The position numbers and the translations under genes are program-made. 64,000 nt of DNA. It comes from an uncultured virus (IMG/VR IMGVR_UViG_3300021255_004486). Its lineage: Duplodnaviria; Heunggongvirae; Uroviricota; Caudoviricetes. The stretch is taken from the IMG/VR virus record IMGVR_UViG_3300021255_004486; one strand, written 5' to 3'. Position 1 is the stretch's first letter. Every line of letters begins with the position of its first letter. Below the pieces are notes generated by a model. The model did no database searches. It was given only the letters and a program-made list of their open reading frames with translations, and was not told the DNA's origin. Of the stretch, positions 39,888 through 48,862 are shown one piece after another.

Positions 39888-41093
39888 CTACACCCTCTTT
39901 TGAATAAAAATCCTCGCATAAGTTGAATATACTTCCTCATCCCCTAAGATGAAATAATTGCCTTTCGCAGGCTTACCTTTTAACACGGGATTACCATTGA
40001 TTTTCCCACCGGAAGCGCCTGTTTTCTCCCCAGTTTGGCGTACCTCAGTAAATGGCCGGTAATCTCGGGTTGTTTTTATATCTACTAAATCATCTTTACC
40101 GTTAGCAAGACCAACAATCTTGAACTGATCCGGGCAATATCTTGCCAAAAAGGTGATCGGGACACCCATTACGCCGTCATAATCAGACGGGATAGCGTCT
40201 ACATAGGAGACTTCTATTGCGTCATAATTATCATACTGTTGATAACCCATCTCTTTGATAGAGGCATGTTTTGAGAATTTCAGATTATCCTGTAAAGTCA
40301 TAAGCTTGATAGGCTGATGTCTATGTCCGTGCTCTAAATTGGTAAACCAACACGCATTTCCCAAACGGGTATAATTCCCTTTATATCCGAGTTTCTCAGC
40401 CTTTTCCTTGTCTTTGGGAGCGACTTCTGCACCTTCCGGGACACTGAAAACCATGTCTTGACCGTTATTAGTTGCTCCCAACCAAAGAAGATTGTTTTTG
40501 AGATACGGAAAGATCTCCTTGTAGGTTATAGCATTTTGATTGCCAATAATGAGCATCTTTTTGTTCGCAGATAGAGCCCATGAAACAAAGTTACGGAAGA
40601 GCGAAAAAGGTGGATTCGTTACAATGATATCTGCTTCATCACGGAGCTTTGTAACTTCGTCAGAGGAATAATCGCCATCCCCATCAAGATATGCCCATTC
40701 GATATCATCTATGTCTATGTGCCCGGAGTTATTACTATCTTTATCCAATATAAAGATTTTCCCTTTTGTTTCAGCTTTTACAGGGTCATATTGAGGAAAA
40801 TCCTCTTCGAATAGACTTAATTGGTGGAATTGTGTATATTTTGAGCGCTTTGATTCAATCGAATAACTGGTACTTATAAGCTTCTTAAGCCCCAGTGTCC
40901 CAAAGTTTTGCGCGAAAAATCTTGTAAAATTACTCCATTCGGGATCATCACACGGACAAAGAACGATTTTATCCCGGAACGTATTGGAGTCATACTCCAA
41001 GTATGCATTTATTTCTTTTTGAATATAATCATAAACCGTATAAAACTCGTCATTTCGTGCTGTTTTGGCCTTCAATAGGGTTTCTTTTGCCAT
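39888..41093 (-). CDS. Adenine-specific DNA methyltransferase, EcoRI-methylase family (copy 2)
   Basis: NDEFYT, CPCDDPEWSNF, GD, DIIVTNPPFSLF, MGVPITFL. Confidence 0.9.
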   Translation of the reverse strand: MAKETLLKAKTARNDEFYTVYDYIQKEINAYLEYDSNTFRDKIVLCPCDDPEWSNFTRFFAQNFGTLGLKKLISTSYSIESKRSKYTQFHQLSLFEEDFPQYDPVKAETKGKIFILDKDSNNSGHIDIDDIEWAYLDGDGDYSSDEVTKLRDEADIIVTNPPFSLFRNFVSWALSANKKMLIIGNQNAITYKEIFPYLKNNLLWLGATNNGQDMVFSVPEGAEVAPKDKEKAEKLGYKGNYTRLGNACWFTNLEHGHRHQPIKLMTLQDNLKFSKHASIKEMGYQQYDNYDAIEVSYVDAIPSDYDGVMGVPITFLARYCPDQFKIVGLANGKDDLVDIKTTRDYRPFTEVRQTGEKTGASGGKINGNPVLKGKPAKGNYFILGDEEVYSTYARIFIQKRV

Positions 41094-42323
41094 TTACGCC
41101 TCCTTATTACCACTTGAGTCATTGGTAAAATCCTCGGGATGGGATTTTATCCACTCATCCGTGTATCGAATAAGGATTCGTGAGAACGGAATCTTAGCCT
41201 CGCCGTCGGAATTATAAAGGCACAGCATTTTCATTCCCTTTGTATAATGGCCTCTACCGCCTTGTTCCCGGTATGTCTTAAGAAATTCCTCTGGTAGCGT
41301 TTCAATTCCAACCTGGATCACATCATCGTCACGCTCATATCCAAGAATCTCAAATTGCTCGCTGCAATAAAAGTCCATAAAGGACTTTGGAACGCCCATT
41401 ACGCCGTTATAGTCTTTTGGAATACAATCGTAATACGGGATATCTATGGCATCATAGGTTTCATACTTTGCGTATTCTTTCCCTATCACGTCCTTATGCT
41501 TGCTGTATCTTATATTGTCGTGCATTGTCATAAGGCGTAAGGGTTGATGCCGCCTGCCATGTTCAAGGTTTGTAAACCATCTAACACCTTTAACACGAAT
41601 GAACTTATTACCGTGTTCATCAATTCTACAACCACTTGCGTTTAACGGATATGAATCGGGAACCCTAAACTCCCTGTCACCACTATGGATAGATGGCCCT
41701 AACCAGACCTTATTTTCTTTTATAAGGTAAAATACATCCTTATAAGTTATGGAGTTCTGATTCCCGATAATTAAAAATTGTTTATTTCCGTCCAACACCC
41801 ACTTAAGAAACTCCGGGAAGAGAGAAAATGGCGGATTTGTTACGATTATATCCGCCTCGTCACGCAATCTTGTGACTTCTTCTGAGGCAAAATCGCCATC
41901 TCCGTCTAAATAGTCCCATTCTAAGTCATCGATATCTATTCTGCCGGAGTTGTTATTATCATGTGTAAGGGTGAAGATCTTGCCGTGAGAGTTTGTTTTA
42001 TTCTCATCAAACCGTTCACTTTCACATTCAAACAGCGTGATTTGATGGAAATACTCCTGTTTTCCATATTTTCTAAACTTGCTGTCAGAAGCATAACTTG
42101 TACTAATAAGCTTTTTTAACCCCAAAAGTTCAAAGTTCTGGGCGAAAAACTTAGTAAAGTTGCTCCATTCGGGATCATCACAGGGTAATAAGACTATTTT
42201 GTCTTTGAATGTATCTGCGTTATATTCGAGATACATGTTGATTTCTTTTTGAATGTCGTCATATTGAGTATAGAACTCGTCTTTTTTGGCATTTTTTGCC
42301 GAAGCGAGCTTGTCATTGGCCAT
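41094..42323 (-). CDS. Adenine-specific DNA methyltransferase, EcoRI-methylase family (copy 1)
   Basis: KDEFYT, PCDDPEWSNF, GDF, DIIVTNPPFSLF, MGVP; paralogue of the adjacent gene. Confidence 0.9.
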   Translation of the reverse strand: MANDKLASAKNAKKDEFYTQYDDIQKEINMYLEYNADTFKDKIVLLPCDDPEWSNFTKFFAQNFELLGLKKLISTSYASDSKFRKYGKQEYFHQITLFECESERFDENKTNSHGKIFTLTHDNNNSGRIDIDDLEWDYLDGDGDFASEEVTRLRDEADIIVTNPPFSLFPEFLKWVLDGNKQFLIIGNQNSITYKDVFYLIKENKVWLGPSIHSGDREFRVPDSYPLNASGCRIDEHGNKFIRVKGVRWFTNLEHGRRHQPLRLMTMHDNIRYSKHKDVIGKEYAKYETYDAIDIPYYDCIPKDYNGVMGVPKSFMDFYCSEQFEILGYERDDDVIQVGIETLPEEFLKTYREQGGRGHYTKGMKMLCLYNSDGEAKIPFSRILIRYTDEWIKSHPEDFTNDSSGNKEA

Positions 42324-42408
42324 TATTCTGATTCCTTAATTAGTTGCTCTTATAGAGCAGATACAGATTCCACCGGATCTAAATAGATCCATATCAATAT
42401 ATCAGTTG

Positions 42409-43575
42409 TTAATTCTTTATGAGTTTTTTCTCTAACTCATCAAAATCATATGTGTTTTGAGGGTATTGATTAAATTGATTGACTTTGCCCGAGGGTTTAT
42501 ATCCTTTCTGAATTGCATCAATTATATACCCAACCGGTCTATTGACTGTAGCACGATCAGCTTTTTTGTACACCTCAAATGCTTGTTTGCATTTGTCCAT
42601 ATCATACTCACTCGCTTCTGCTATTGCGCGAAGCTCTTTTGCACCAAATTCCCCCATAAGTTCCCGAAGTTCAAAGATAAAATCGATTTTCTCATCATCC
42701 GATAGCGAACTCTTGCTTCCGGGAGACTTCTTTTGTCCGATAACGTCTTTCTTCGTAACGGTGAATATCACGCTTTTAACCTTGCCACCAACACCGCCTC
42801 TGACCGGCATGTATTCGACATTTATGTCAGTCTTCTCGTTAAGTTCATCTATCGCCTTAATCAAGACCTGTTTCTTAAATGTTGACCAGTCCAAAAGAGA
42901 CTTCTTCTTATCACTGGCTACCTCGACAGCCTTTTCAAAGTCGGGGTTTTTGTTGCCACCTAAGACTTTCTTTACCTTGTCATCATCAGAATTGACCACG
43001 CCCAAAAAGATGTACAGCTCTGACAGATTACACTCAATTATCCATTGATTGTTCGTATCTCTCTTGTCCCGGTTAAAGGTCTTGCTACGCAAAAACTCAT
43101 ACAGCTTAAAGGATGAATTATGCGTAAGTGAAAGCATTACTGTCGTATTAAGCAGGGTAAAGTTCTCTGTGAGATCCTTGATATACTGAGACAAATCTGA
43201 ATTGAATGTGATTCTAAGCTCTGAATTGTCGTAGATCGCAGTCTGGATTATCTGATAATAGGCAAATGTCTTTGTCTCATCAGATATGATACCTATCTGC
43301 CTATTGTTCATAGCCTGGGCTGTCTTTTTTAAGTCTCTGTAAAACGAGCCGGCATTACCGCCCATAGCAAGTTTTATCTCGCTTGCGGGAATTGTTACTC
43401 GTATTGTCTCCCCACCATCTGATACAATAAACCTGGATGGATCACATAAGGCCAAACATAAGATTTTGTTCTCCCACAGACTTGCGTGCGTTTTGGCACT
43501 GATAAGAACATTACTCTTGGGATAATCGATATTCTTTATGACTGCCGGTTTTCTGTCCGCCATATCCTCTACCAT
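42409..43575 (-). CDS. Rep_3 (RepB-type) plasmid replication initiator
   Basis: KSNVLISA, FYRDLK, ENFT, SFKLYEFL, FKKQVLIKAIDELNEKTDI; adjacent iteron field. Confidence 0.88.
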   Translation of the reverse strand: MVEDMADRKPAVIKNIDYPKSNVLISAKTHASLWENKILCLALCDPSRFIVSDGGETIRVTIPASEIKLAMGGNAGSFYRDLKKTAQAMNNRQIGIISDETKTFAYYQIIQTAIYDNSELRITFNSDLSQYIKDLTENFTLLNTTVMLSLTHNSSFKLYEFLRSKTFNRDKRDTNNQWIIECNLSELYIFLGVVNSDDDKVKKVLGGNKNPDFEKAVEVASDKKKSLLDWSTFKKQVLIKAIDELNEKTDINVEYMPVRGGVGGKVKSVIFTVTKKDVIGQKKSPGSKSSLSDDEKIDFIFELRELMGEFGAKELRAIAEASEYDMDKCKQAFEVYKKADRATVNRPVGYIIDAIQKGYKPSGKVNQFNQYPQNTYDFDELEKKLIKN

Positions 43576-44172
43576 TTGAATCCGAAGTCGATATGACTTC
43601 TACCATTTGTATCCGACTTTGATTATAAACAAATCTTCAAAGATTTGTCTACTAAAAATACAATATATTGGTATTATATTCAAAATGGAACGCAAGATAT
43701 AGTTTTTGTGGTAGTAAGTTCGGTAGTTTTTGGTAGAACTGGATGTTTTAGCCATCTACCAAAAGGATACCGACCGAACTTCAGTAAGAAATGGTAGTTT
43801 TAAGAAAAATACTGTACAGAATATATAACTTCGGTAGTTTTTGGTAGAACTCTGACAACAAAAATGTATGAACTTAAGCATATAATCAGCCCGCAAAACC
43901 CTTATTTTTCAATGGGTTTATACTGTCTACCAAAAATCTGTGAACTTGTATTGGTGATGATATTCTACCATTTTGTACATAAAATCTACCATAAATTTCC
44001 GAAGTCTCTTCCAGAAATCTATGAACTCACTACCGAATAAGGCGGTCAATAAGGTAATTTATGTCTACCACTGTTTTAGGAACTTACTTCCTGTATTTAT
44101 CAGACTTTCTACCATTTTGACCTGGATAGTCTACCATTTTGATCCGAATAAAATCTGTATTATGTCTACATT
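43568..44172. repeat. Putative oriV: iteron field with core TCTACCA in both orientations
   Basis: More than a dozen CTACC(A)/(T)GGTAG cores; exact 22-bp duplicate TTCGGTAGTTTTTGGTAGAACT at 43719-43740 and 43830-43851; immediately upstream of rep. Confidence 0.8.
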
Positions 44173-44269
44173 AGTGCGTTTTGCCTTTATCTAAATAAAA
44201 AAAAGAAATGTGTTGTTATAAAGATAATAAACAAACACATTCCTTGATTGAGTCTATATATTGTAAGTC

Positions 44270-44839
44270 TTATGGATAGATCACGCCCAGGACTTTCCCT
44301 GTATCTGTGCCATCCTGTGTACAAATGATTACTGAACCCAATGGGACATCATCCATCTTCATCGTGGGTGGGACGATCTTGTAGGCCTGTTTCGTCTTTA
44401 CAAGAGCCATCTTCGTTGTCTTTGATTCTATAGCTTTAGCGATTATATCATATATATTTGCAACTCCGAAGCCTTTCTTTGAAATGACCACGATATCATT
44501 GACTTTGAGTTTAACCATCTTCTTTAAGACATCGCCACACTTATCAGAATCAAGGCAAGTAGCCATTGTGACCGACTTTAAGTGCTTCTTTACCACATCA
44601 CCCTTCATCTTAAGGGATTCAGTGTACGCCCTTAAGAACGCAATCTGATTATCAGAAATGTTTAGGAATCCAGGATCATTCTGATGACTTAAGTAGTTAC
44701 GCATCTGCCGGCACATACGGAGTCTGTTGGCGGTCATATCATCCACCTTTTCCTCATGGTCTTTTGGTTCGATCCCCTGGTCACGGATAAATGACTCATA
44801 TTCTCTGTACACGGAAAGAAATTCATTTTCACTCTTCAT
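44270..44839 (-). CDS. HEPN (Swt1-like) domain plus degenerate CBS-like protein
   Basis: FLSVYREYE..LRMCRQMRNYLSH (Rx4H); C-terminal CBS-like pattern ending GKVLGVI. Confidence 0.6.
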   Translation of the reverse strand: MKSENEFLSVYREYESFIRDQGIEPKDHEEKVDDMTANRLRMCRQMRNYLSHQNDPGFLNISDNQIAFLRAYTESLKMKGDVVKKHLKSVTMATCLDSDKCGDVLKKMVKLKVNDIVVISKKGFGVANIYDIIAKAIESKTTKMALVKTKQAYKIVPPTMKMDDVPLGSVIICTQDGTDTGKVLGVIYP

Positions 44840-44851
44840 AACCGCTCTCCT

Positions 44852-45043
44852 TTACGCATTCTTGAGCATTCCCGCCGCTTTGAGCGCTGAATACTGACCA
44901 TAAGACATACCACGCTTTTCTGCCTGGATCGAGTCATATACGAGCTCGGGATTTCTCACATTATGCGCTCTTAACTGGTCGAGAGTCATATTCTGATAGT
45001 CATATCCGGCTTTTTTCATCGCTGCTATAATTGATGCATTCAT
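44852..45043 (-). CDS. Small hypothetical protein (63 aa)
   Basis: GAGG RBS overlapping the kinase stop; AEKRGMSYGQY motif. Confidence 0.55.
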   Translation of the reverse strand: MNASIIAAMKKAGYDYQNMTLDQLRAHNVRNPELVYDSIQAEKRGMSYGQYSALKAAGMLKNA

Positions 45044-45047
45044 ATTT

Positions 45048-46163
45048 TTACCTCTCCATATCAAGATTCTTGTTTTTACGCTTAAGTCTGGCGTTCCTGT
45101 TTTTGATAGCTTCAATCAGATTTGCCTTTTTCTCATCTGTTATTCCGGGATACATAGAGATAAGTTCTTCAAAGCCTGCCATGTTGAGCGCACTCTCTAA
45201 ATCACACTTACCCTTAAGAGTCTTAAAGATAGATGCCTCTACATCCCCGAATAACTTACTCTTTACGGCATCATTTATATTCTTGGTGCTCCAATAGGCG
45301 TTACCCGAATCGTAAAGAGGAGCAGGCCCGATAAACTTCATAGTCTTAATATCTCTGATAAATCCGATATTATTAAGGTTCCGGTCTTCATTTCCTGTGA
45401 GATTATCAATAAATATCATCCAATCGATAAACTCTTTTGCGCCCGGGATCTCATATACATCACAAGCTCTGATCAAATGCGCGTAAACACTCTCGTTTTC
45501 ATCCTTCGGTACAGATTCGTATATCATATATGCGGGTACGAGTTCGGTGTTTTCTGTGATGAAGTTGTCGCATTTGGAGCAGATTGTTACACCTTCAACC
45601 CATAGATCGTATTTAACACATGGGATAACATCTAACTTCTCTGCTAAAACAGATACCAAAACCTCACTCAAAGGCTCTTGGTGTGCCTGTATAGAGCCCG
45701 CTTTAACAAGGTATGAGGTCATATCAGAGTTTTGTCCCCAACGCTTTCTTAAGACTCCACCGGTTGTTATATCGGGAGTGTCATTACTGTATTTTCTCTG
45801 TACAGGGACTTTCCAAGGAGAAAAGAACATATCTCCGACTGATTTATCATATATCCGAGTAAAGAAGTTTATTTTCTTCCATACCTCGGTTCTTTTCTTT
45901 ATCCAATACTGATCCGATAAGGACGCAAGGTTTTTACCCTCAAACCAGGTTTGACCAAAACGGTCAGTAACCTCGCCCAAACCCTCTCTTACCATAGGCA
46001 TTCTGCGCCTGTCGAGCCACTTTCTCAGTTCTTCCATCGTGCAATTATCCTTAAGACAAACAGGAAGGAGTTCCGGCGCATCGACACGCTGTATCTCCGC
46101 AGGGACTCCCTCCACATCTTTAAGGGTAAGCACTTTATCATCTTTCAGATAAAGTTCGGACAT
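45048..46163 (-). CDS. HipA/CtkA-like Ser/Thr kinase
   Basis: SLSDQYW, TTGGVLRKRW, YLVK, SEVLVS, DNLTGNEDRNLNNIG, APLYDSG. Confidence 0.75.
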   Translation of the reverse strand: MSELYLKDDKVLTLKDVEGVPAEIQRVDAPELLPVCLKDNCTMEELRKWLDRRRMPMVREGLGEVTDRFGQTWFEGKNLASLSDQYWIKKRTEVWKKINFFTRIYDKSVGDMFFSPWKVPVQRKYSNDTPDITTGGVLRKRWGQNSDMTSYLVKAGSIQAHQEPLSEVLVSVLAEKLDVIPCVKYDLWVEGVTICSKCDNFITENTELVPAYMIYESVPKDENESVYAHLIRACDVYEIPGAKEFIDWMIFIDNLTGNEDRNLNNIGFIRDIKTMKFIGPAPLYDSGNAYWSTKNINDAVKSKLFGDVEASIFKTLKGKCDLESALNMAGFEELISMYPGITDEKKANLIEAIKNRNARLKRKNKNLDMER

Positions 46164-46173
46164 GTCTTACCTC

Positions 46174-48339
46174 TTACGTTAACTGGTTCTTCATGTATTC
46201 CATAACCATCTCGTTCATATTGACTTCTTCGGTTCCGGTGCTGACCGGTGCGGGCGCTGCCTCTTCTTCGTCGTTAGACATCGAATACATGCTCTGCCCT
46301 GCCGACTGAACTGATACGCTCTGTCTCTTCATCTGATTCATAGCGCTTTCAGCCTTTTCAAGCATCTCTCCGTGGCTGTCGCACTCATTACCGGGAACGA
46401 TACCGTATGCGATGCCGATATTCTCATTGAAGAGTGCCTGCTGTATATCAAGTATCTGATTTCTGATATCGGTAAAGATGGCATCTTCGAGACAAATAAC
46501 GAACTGGTCGCCCATTATTCTGTACACGTTCTTTTCGCCATACATCTTGATCAGCTTGTCAGACACGATACCGATTACTCTGTCACCGGTACTTCTGCCG
46601 TGCATAGCATTTATTGCCTTGATATCACGGATGCCGAGCATTACAAGAACGGAACCCTTGATATTCTTCTCGGGGAAGTCTCTGTTGAATGCGTTAAGGT
46701 TCATAACCCCAACCTTTTCATCAAAGTAGGCAAGATGCTCGATCTTGGCACACTTCTCTTCTACCTCTGCCTTTGCCTTCTTCAAATCCTCAATCTGCTT
46801 ATTGAGGTTGGCAATGTTGTTCTTTGCAGTATCAAGGTCAGAAGCGATCCGGTCTCTGTCGGAGTTTGCTCTGTCCCTTTCAGATGCAGCCTTGTCACGC
46901 TCGGAATTGGCTTTATCTCTCTCAGAAGTAAGAGTGTTTATCTTGGACTGCATATCGGCAGTTTTCTTTGCATCCTGCTCGATTGTCTTATCCTTTTCAG
47001 CGATCTTCTCCTTGAGTGAGGTATTCTCGTCGCTTAATGCCTTTTCCGTATCGCGAGCCTTTGCTCTGATCGAATCCATCTCACTTGTGGCAGCGTTCTT
47101 GGCTTTCATAAGCCTATCTTCTGTCTCAGCCTTGAGTTTCTTGACATTTTCTTCTGCTTCCGATAAGAGCTTCTTACGGAGAGAATCAAGGTCTTCGCCG
47201 GCACGCTTTGTGAGTTCATCGCACTTAGCCGAATTGCGTCTGTTAAGCTCCTCAACTTCGGCATTCCTCTTCTGATTAAGGTTCTTTGTAAGTTCCTCAA
47301 TCTCGGCGGCTTTGCGCTTGGTGAGCTCTTCGATCTCTATAGACTTACGCTTGTTGCACTGCTCAATATCGGCTGCGGCCTGCTTTTTGATGTTCTCCAG
47401 TTCGATCTTGGACTGCTCAAGTTCAGCCTTGATTGCTTCAAGCTGCTTGAGAATTGAGTTCTTCTCATCACGCAGGGAATCATAGGATCTGCTCTTGTCG
47501 CTTAACTCCTTGGTGACACGAGTAAGACGTTCCTCTTTACCCTCGATAATCTTGGTTTTTTCCTGTACAGAAAGTTCAAGTTCACAAATCTTCTCCTGGT
47601 ACTGCTCAATCTCTTCATCGAGAGACTTAAGGAGTTCATCGTTCTGAGCCTTATCTGTAGCCATTGCCTCGTCTTTTTCCTTGACGATACGCTTTATCTC
47701 ATCATATTTCTGTCTGATGACACTGACAGTCTCCTGCGCTGCATCCCGCTCTTTCTCCAGAAGAAGTATCTTCTTGTGGAATGAAGTCAGATCATCGAGA
47801 ATATCTGAATCGTTATCATTCTTAACGGGAGCGGTTCTTACCGTGGAATTGACTTCCGGCATGGGAGCTGCCATATTACCCATAAACGGTGCAAAGATTG
47901 AAGTTAAGAACGCCCCAAACGGATTGCTCATCATCTGTGCGGGATACTCGTTCGGATAGGGGTTAGTGACCTTGCCAGTCTCTTCAACCTCGGACTCACT
48001 CTCAAAATCATCATCGTTCAGATCCTTGTCGAGTTCATCAAGCGGGAACAGCACATTCCACTGCTTATCTCCGACTTTATCGAAAATCTCTTTTCTCGGG
48101 ATGTCGTAATCGTCATTATCGATGTAGATAGTGACCATATCATCCGTCAGCAGTCGGTCAATACCCAACTTCAACAGCTCAACAGCCGTGGAAAGATATT
48201 GATTGGATACCGATGTGTACTCGGAAATCATATCCGGTCTAAAGTTTGCTTCCATAGCCCGCTTCTTTTCGTACAGTTCTTTGAACGATGCGACTGTTCC
48301 CAAGAAGTACGGGTTACTTCCATGCGGTGCGTTTGTCAT
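46174..48339 (-). CDS. Long coiled-coil protein with degenerate C-terminal GGDEF domain
   Basis: About 350 aa of heptad coil, then LAYFDEKVGVMNLNAF..IKAINAMHG..GD..YRIMGDQF; RBS favours ATG 48339. Confidence 0.75.
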   Translation of the reverse strand: MTNAPHGSNPYFLGTVASFKELYEKKRAMEANFRPDMISEYTSVSNQYLSTAVELLKLGIDRLLTDDMVTIYIDNDDYDIPRKEIFDKVGDKQWNVLFPLDELDKDLNDDDFESESEVEETGKVTNPYPNEYPAQMMSNPFGAFLTSIFAPFMGNMAAPMPEVNSTVRTAPVKNDNDSDILDDLTSFHKKILLLEKERDAAQETVSVIRQKYDEIKRIVKEKDEAMATDKAQNDELLKSLDEEIEQYQEKICELELSVQEKTKIIEGKEERLTRVTKELSDKSRSYDSLRDEKNSILKQLEAIKAELEQSKIELENIKKQAAADIEQCNKRKSIEIEELTKRKAAEIEELTKNLNQKRNAEVEELNRRNSAKCDELTKRAGEDLDSLRKKLLSEAEENVKKLKAETEDRLMKAKNAATSEMDSIRAKARDTEKALSDENTSLKEKIAEKDKTIEQDAKKTADMQSKINTLTSERDKANSERDKAASERDRANSDRDRIASDLDTAKNNIANLNKQIEDLKKAKAEVEEKCAKIEHLAYFDEKVGVMNLNAFNRDFPEKNIKGSVLVMLGIRDIKAINAMHGRSTGDRVIGIVSDKLIKMYGEKNVYRIMGDQFVICLEDAIFTDIRNQILDIQQALFNENIGIAYGIVPGNECDSHGEMLEKAESAMNQMKRQSVSVQSAGQSMYSMSNDEEEAAPAPVSTGTEEVNMNEMVMEYMKNQLT

Positions 48340-48403
48340 CTTCACATTCTCCTTTCGTGACTTAACTACCCTATATTAAGTATGATAGATAAAGAAATCA
48401 GAT

Positions 48404-48862
48404 TTACTGCATGACAGAGTTAACCAAATCGGTCAGCTCTTCATATTCATAAAGTGAGGTCACTTTAATCTTCGCAACATCCTCAATAGTCATGTTATTG
48501 GACTCTGCAACGACTTGGTTATCAATTCCAAGGCACCGGATATCAAGGAGCATATTGATCCAGTGCTGTGTAATGATCGTCAGCATATAGAATGCTTTTT
48601 GGATATCCTCGGTTTCCAAATTCTTGTGACCGGGATAGTCAAGATGAAGCGTAGTACCCTCTTCGTCCTCTTTTATGGGAACCGAGACGTATATAGGCTC
48701 TGCCTTGATCTCTTTATCAGCAAACCGTAGCTTAACTACAAATCCATCATCAGTTCTTCGCGCAAATACGGAGTTATCATAGGAATCCTTATATTTGCAC
48801 ACTCCCGATGAACAGAAGTCATTACGAGTAATCTCGATGCCGTGCTCTGATAATTTCATCAC
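48404..48862 (-). CDS. Hypothetical protein
   Basis: Overlaps the topB stop; 152 aa. Confidence 0.6.
   Translation of the reverse strand: MMKLSEHGIEITRNDFCSSGVCKYKDSYDNSVFARRTDDGFVVKLRFADKEIKAEPIYVSVPIKEDEEGTTLHLDYPGHKNLETEDIQKAFYMLTIITQHWINMLLDIRCLGIDNQVVAESNNMTIEDVAKIKVTSLYEYEELTDLVNSVMQ

Noticed and set aside
46174..46760. Active diguanylate cyclase
   Set aside because: The signature is MGDQF and the first metal-binding Asp is absent.
46855..46925. 21-bp tandem repeats
   Set aside because: They encode SERDKAN-type heptads of the coiled coil.
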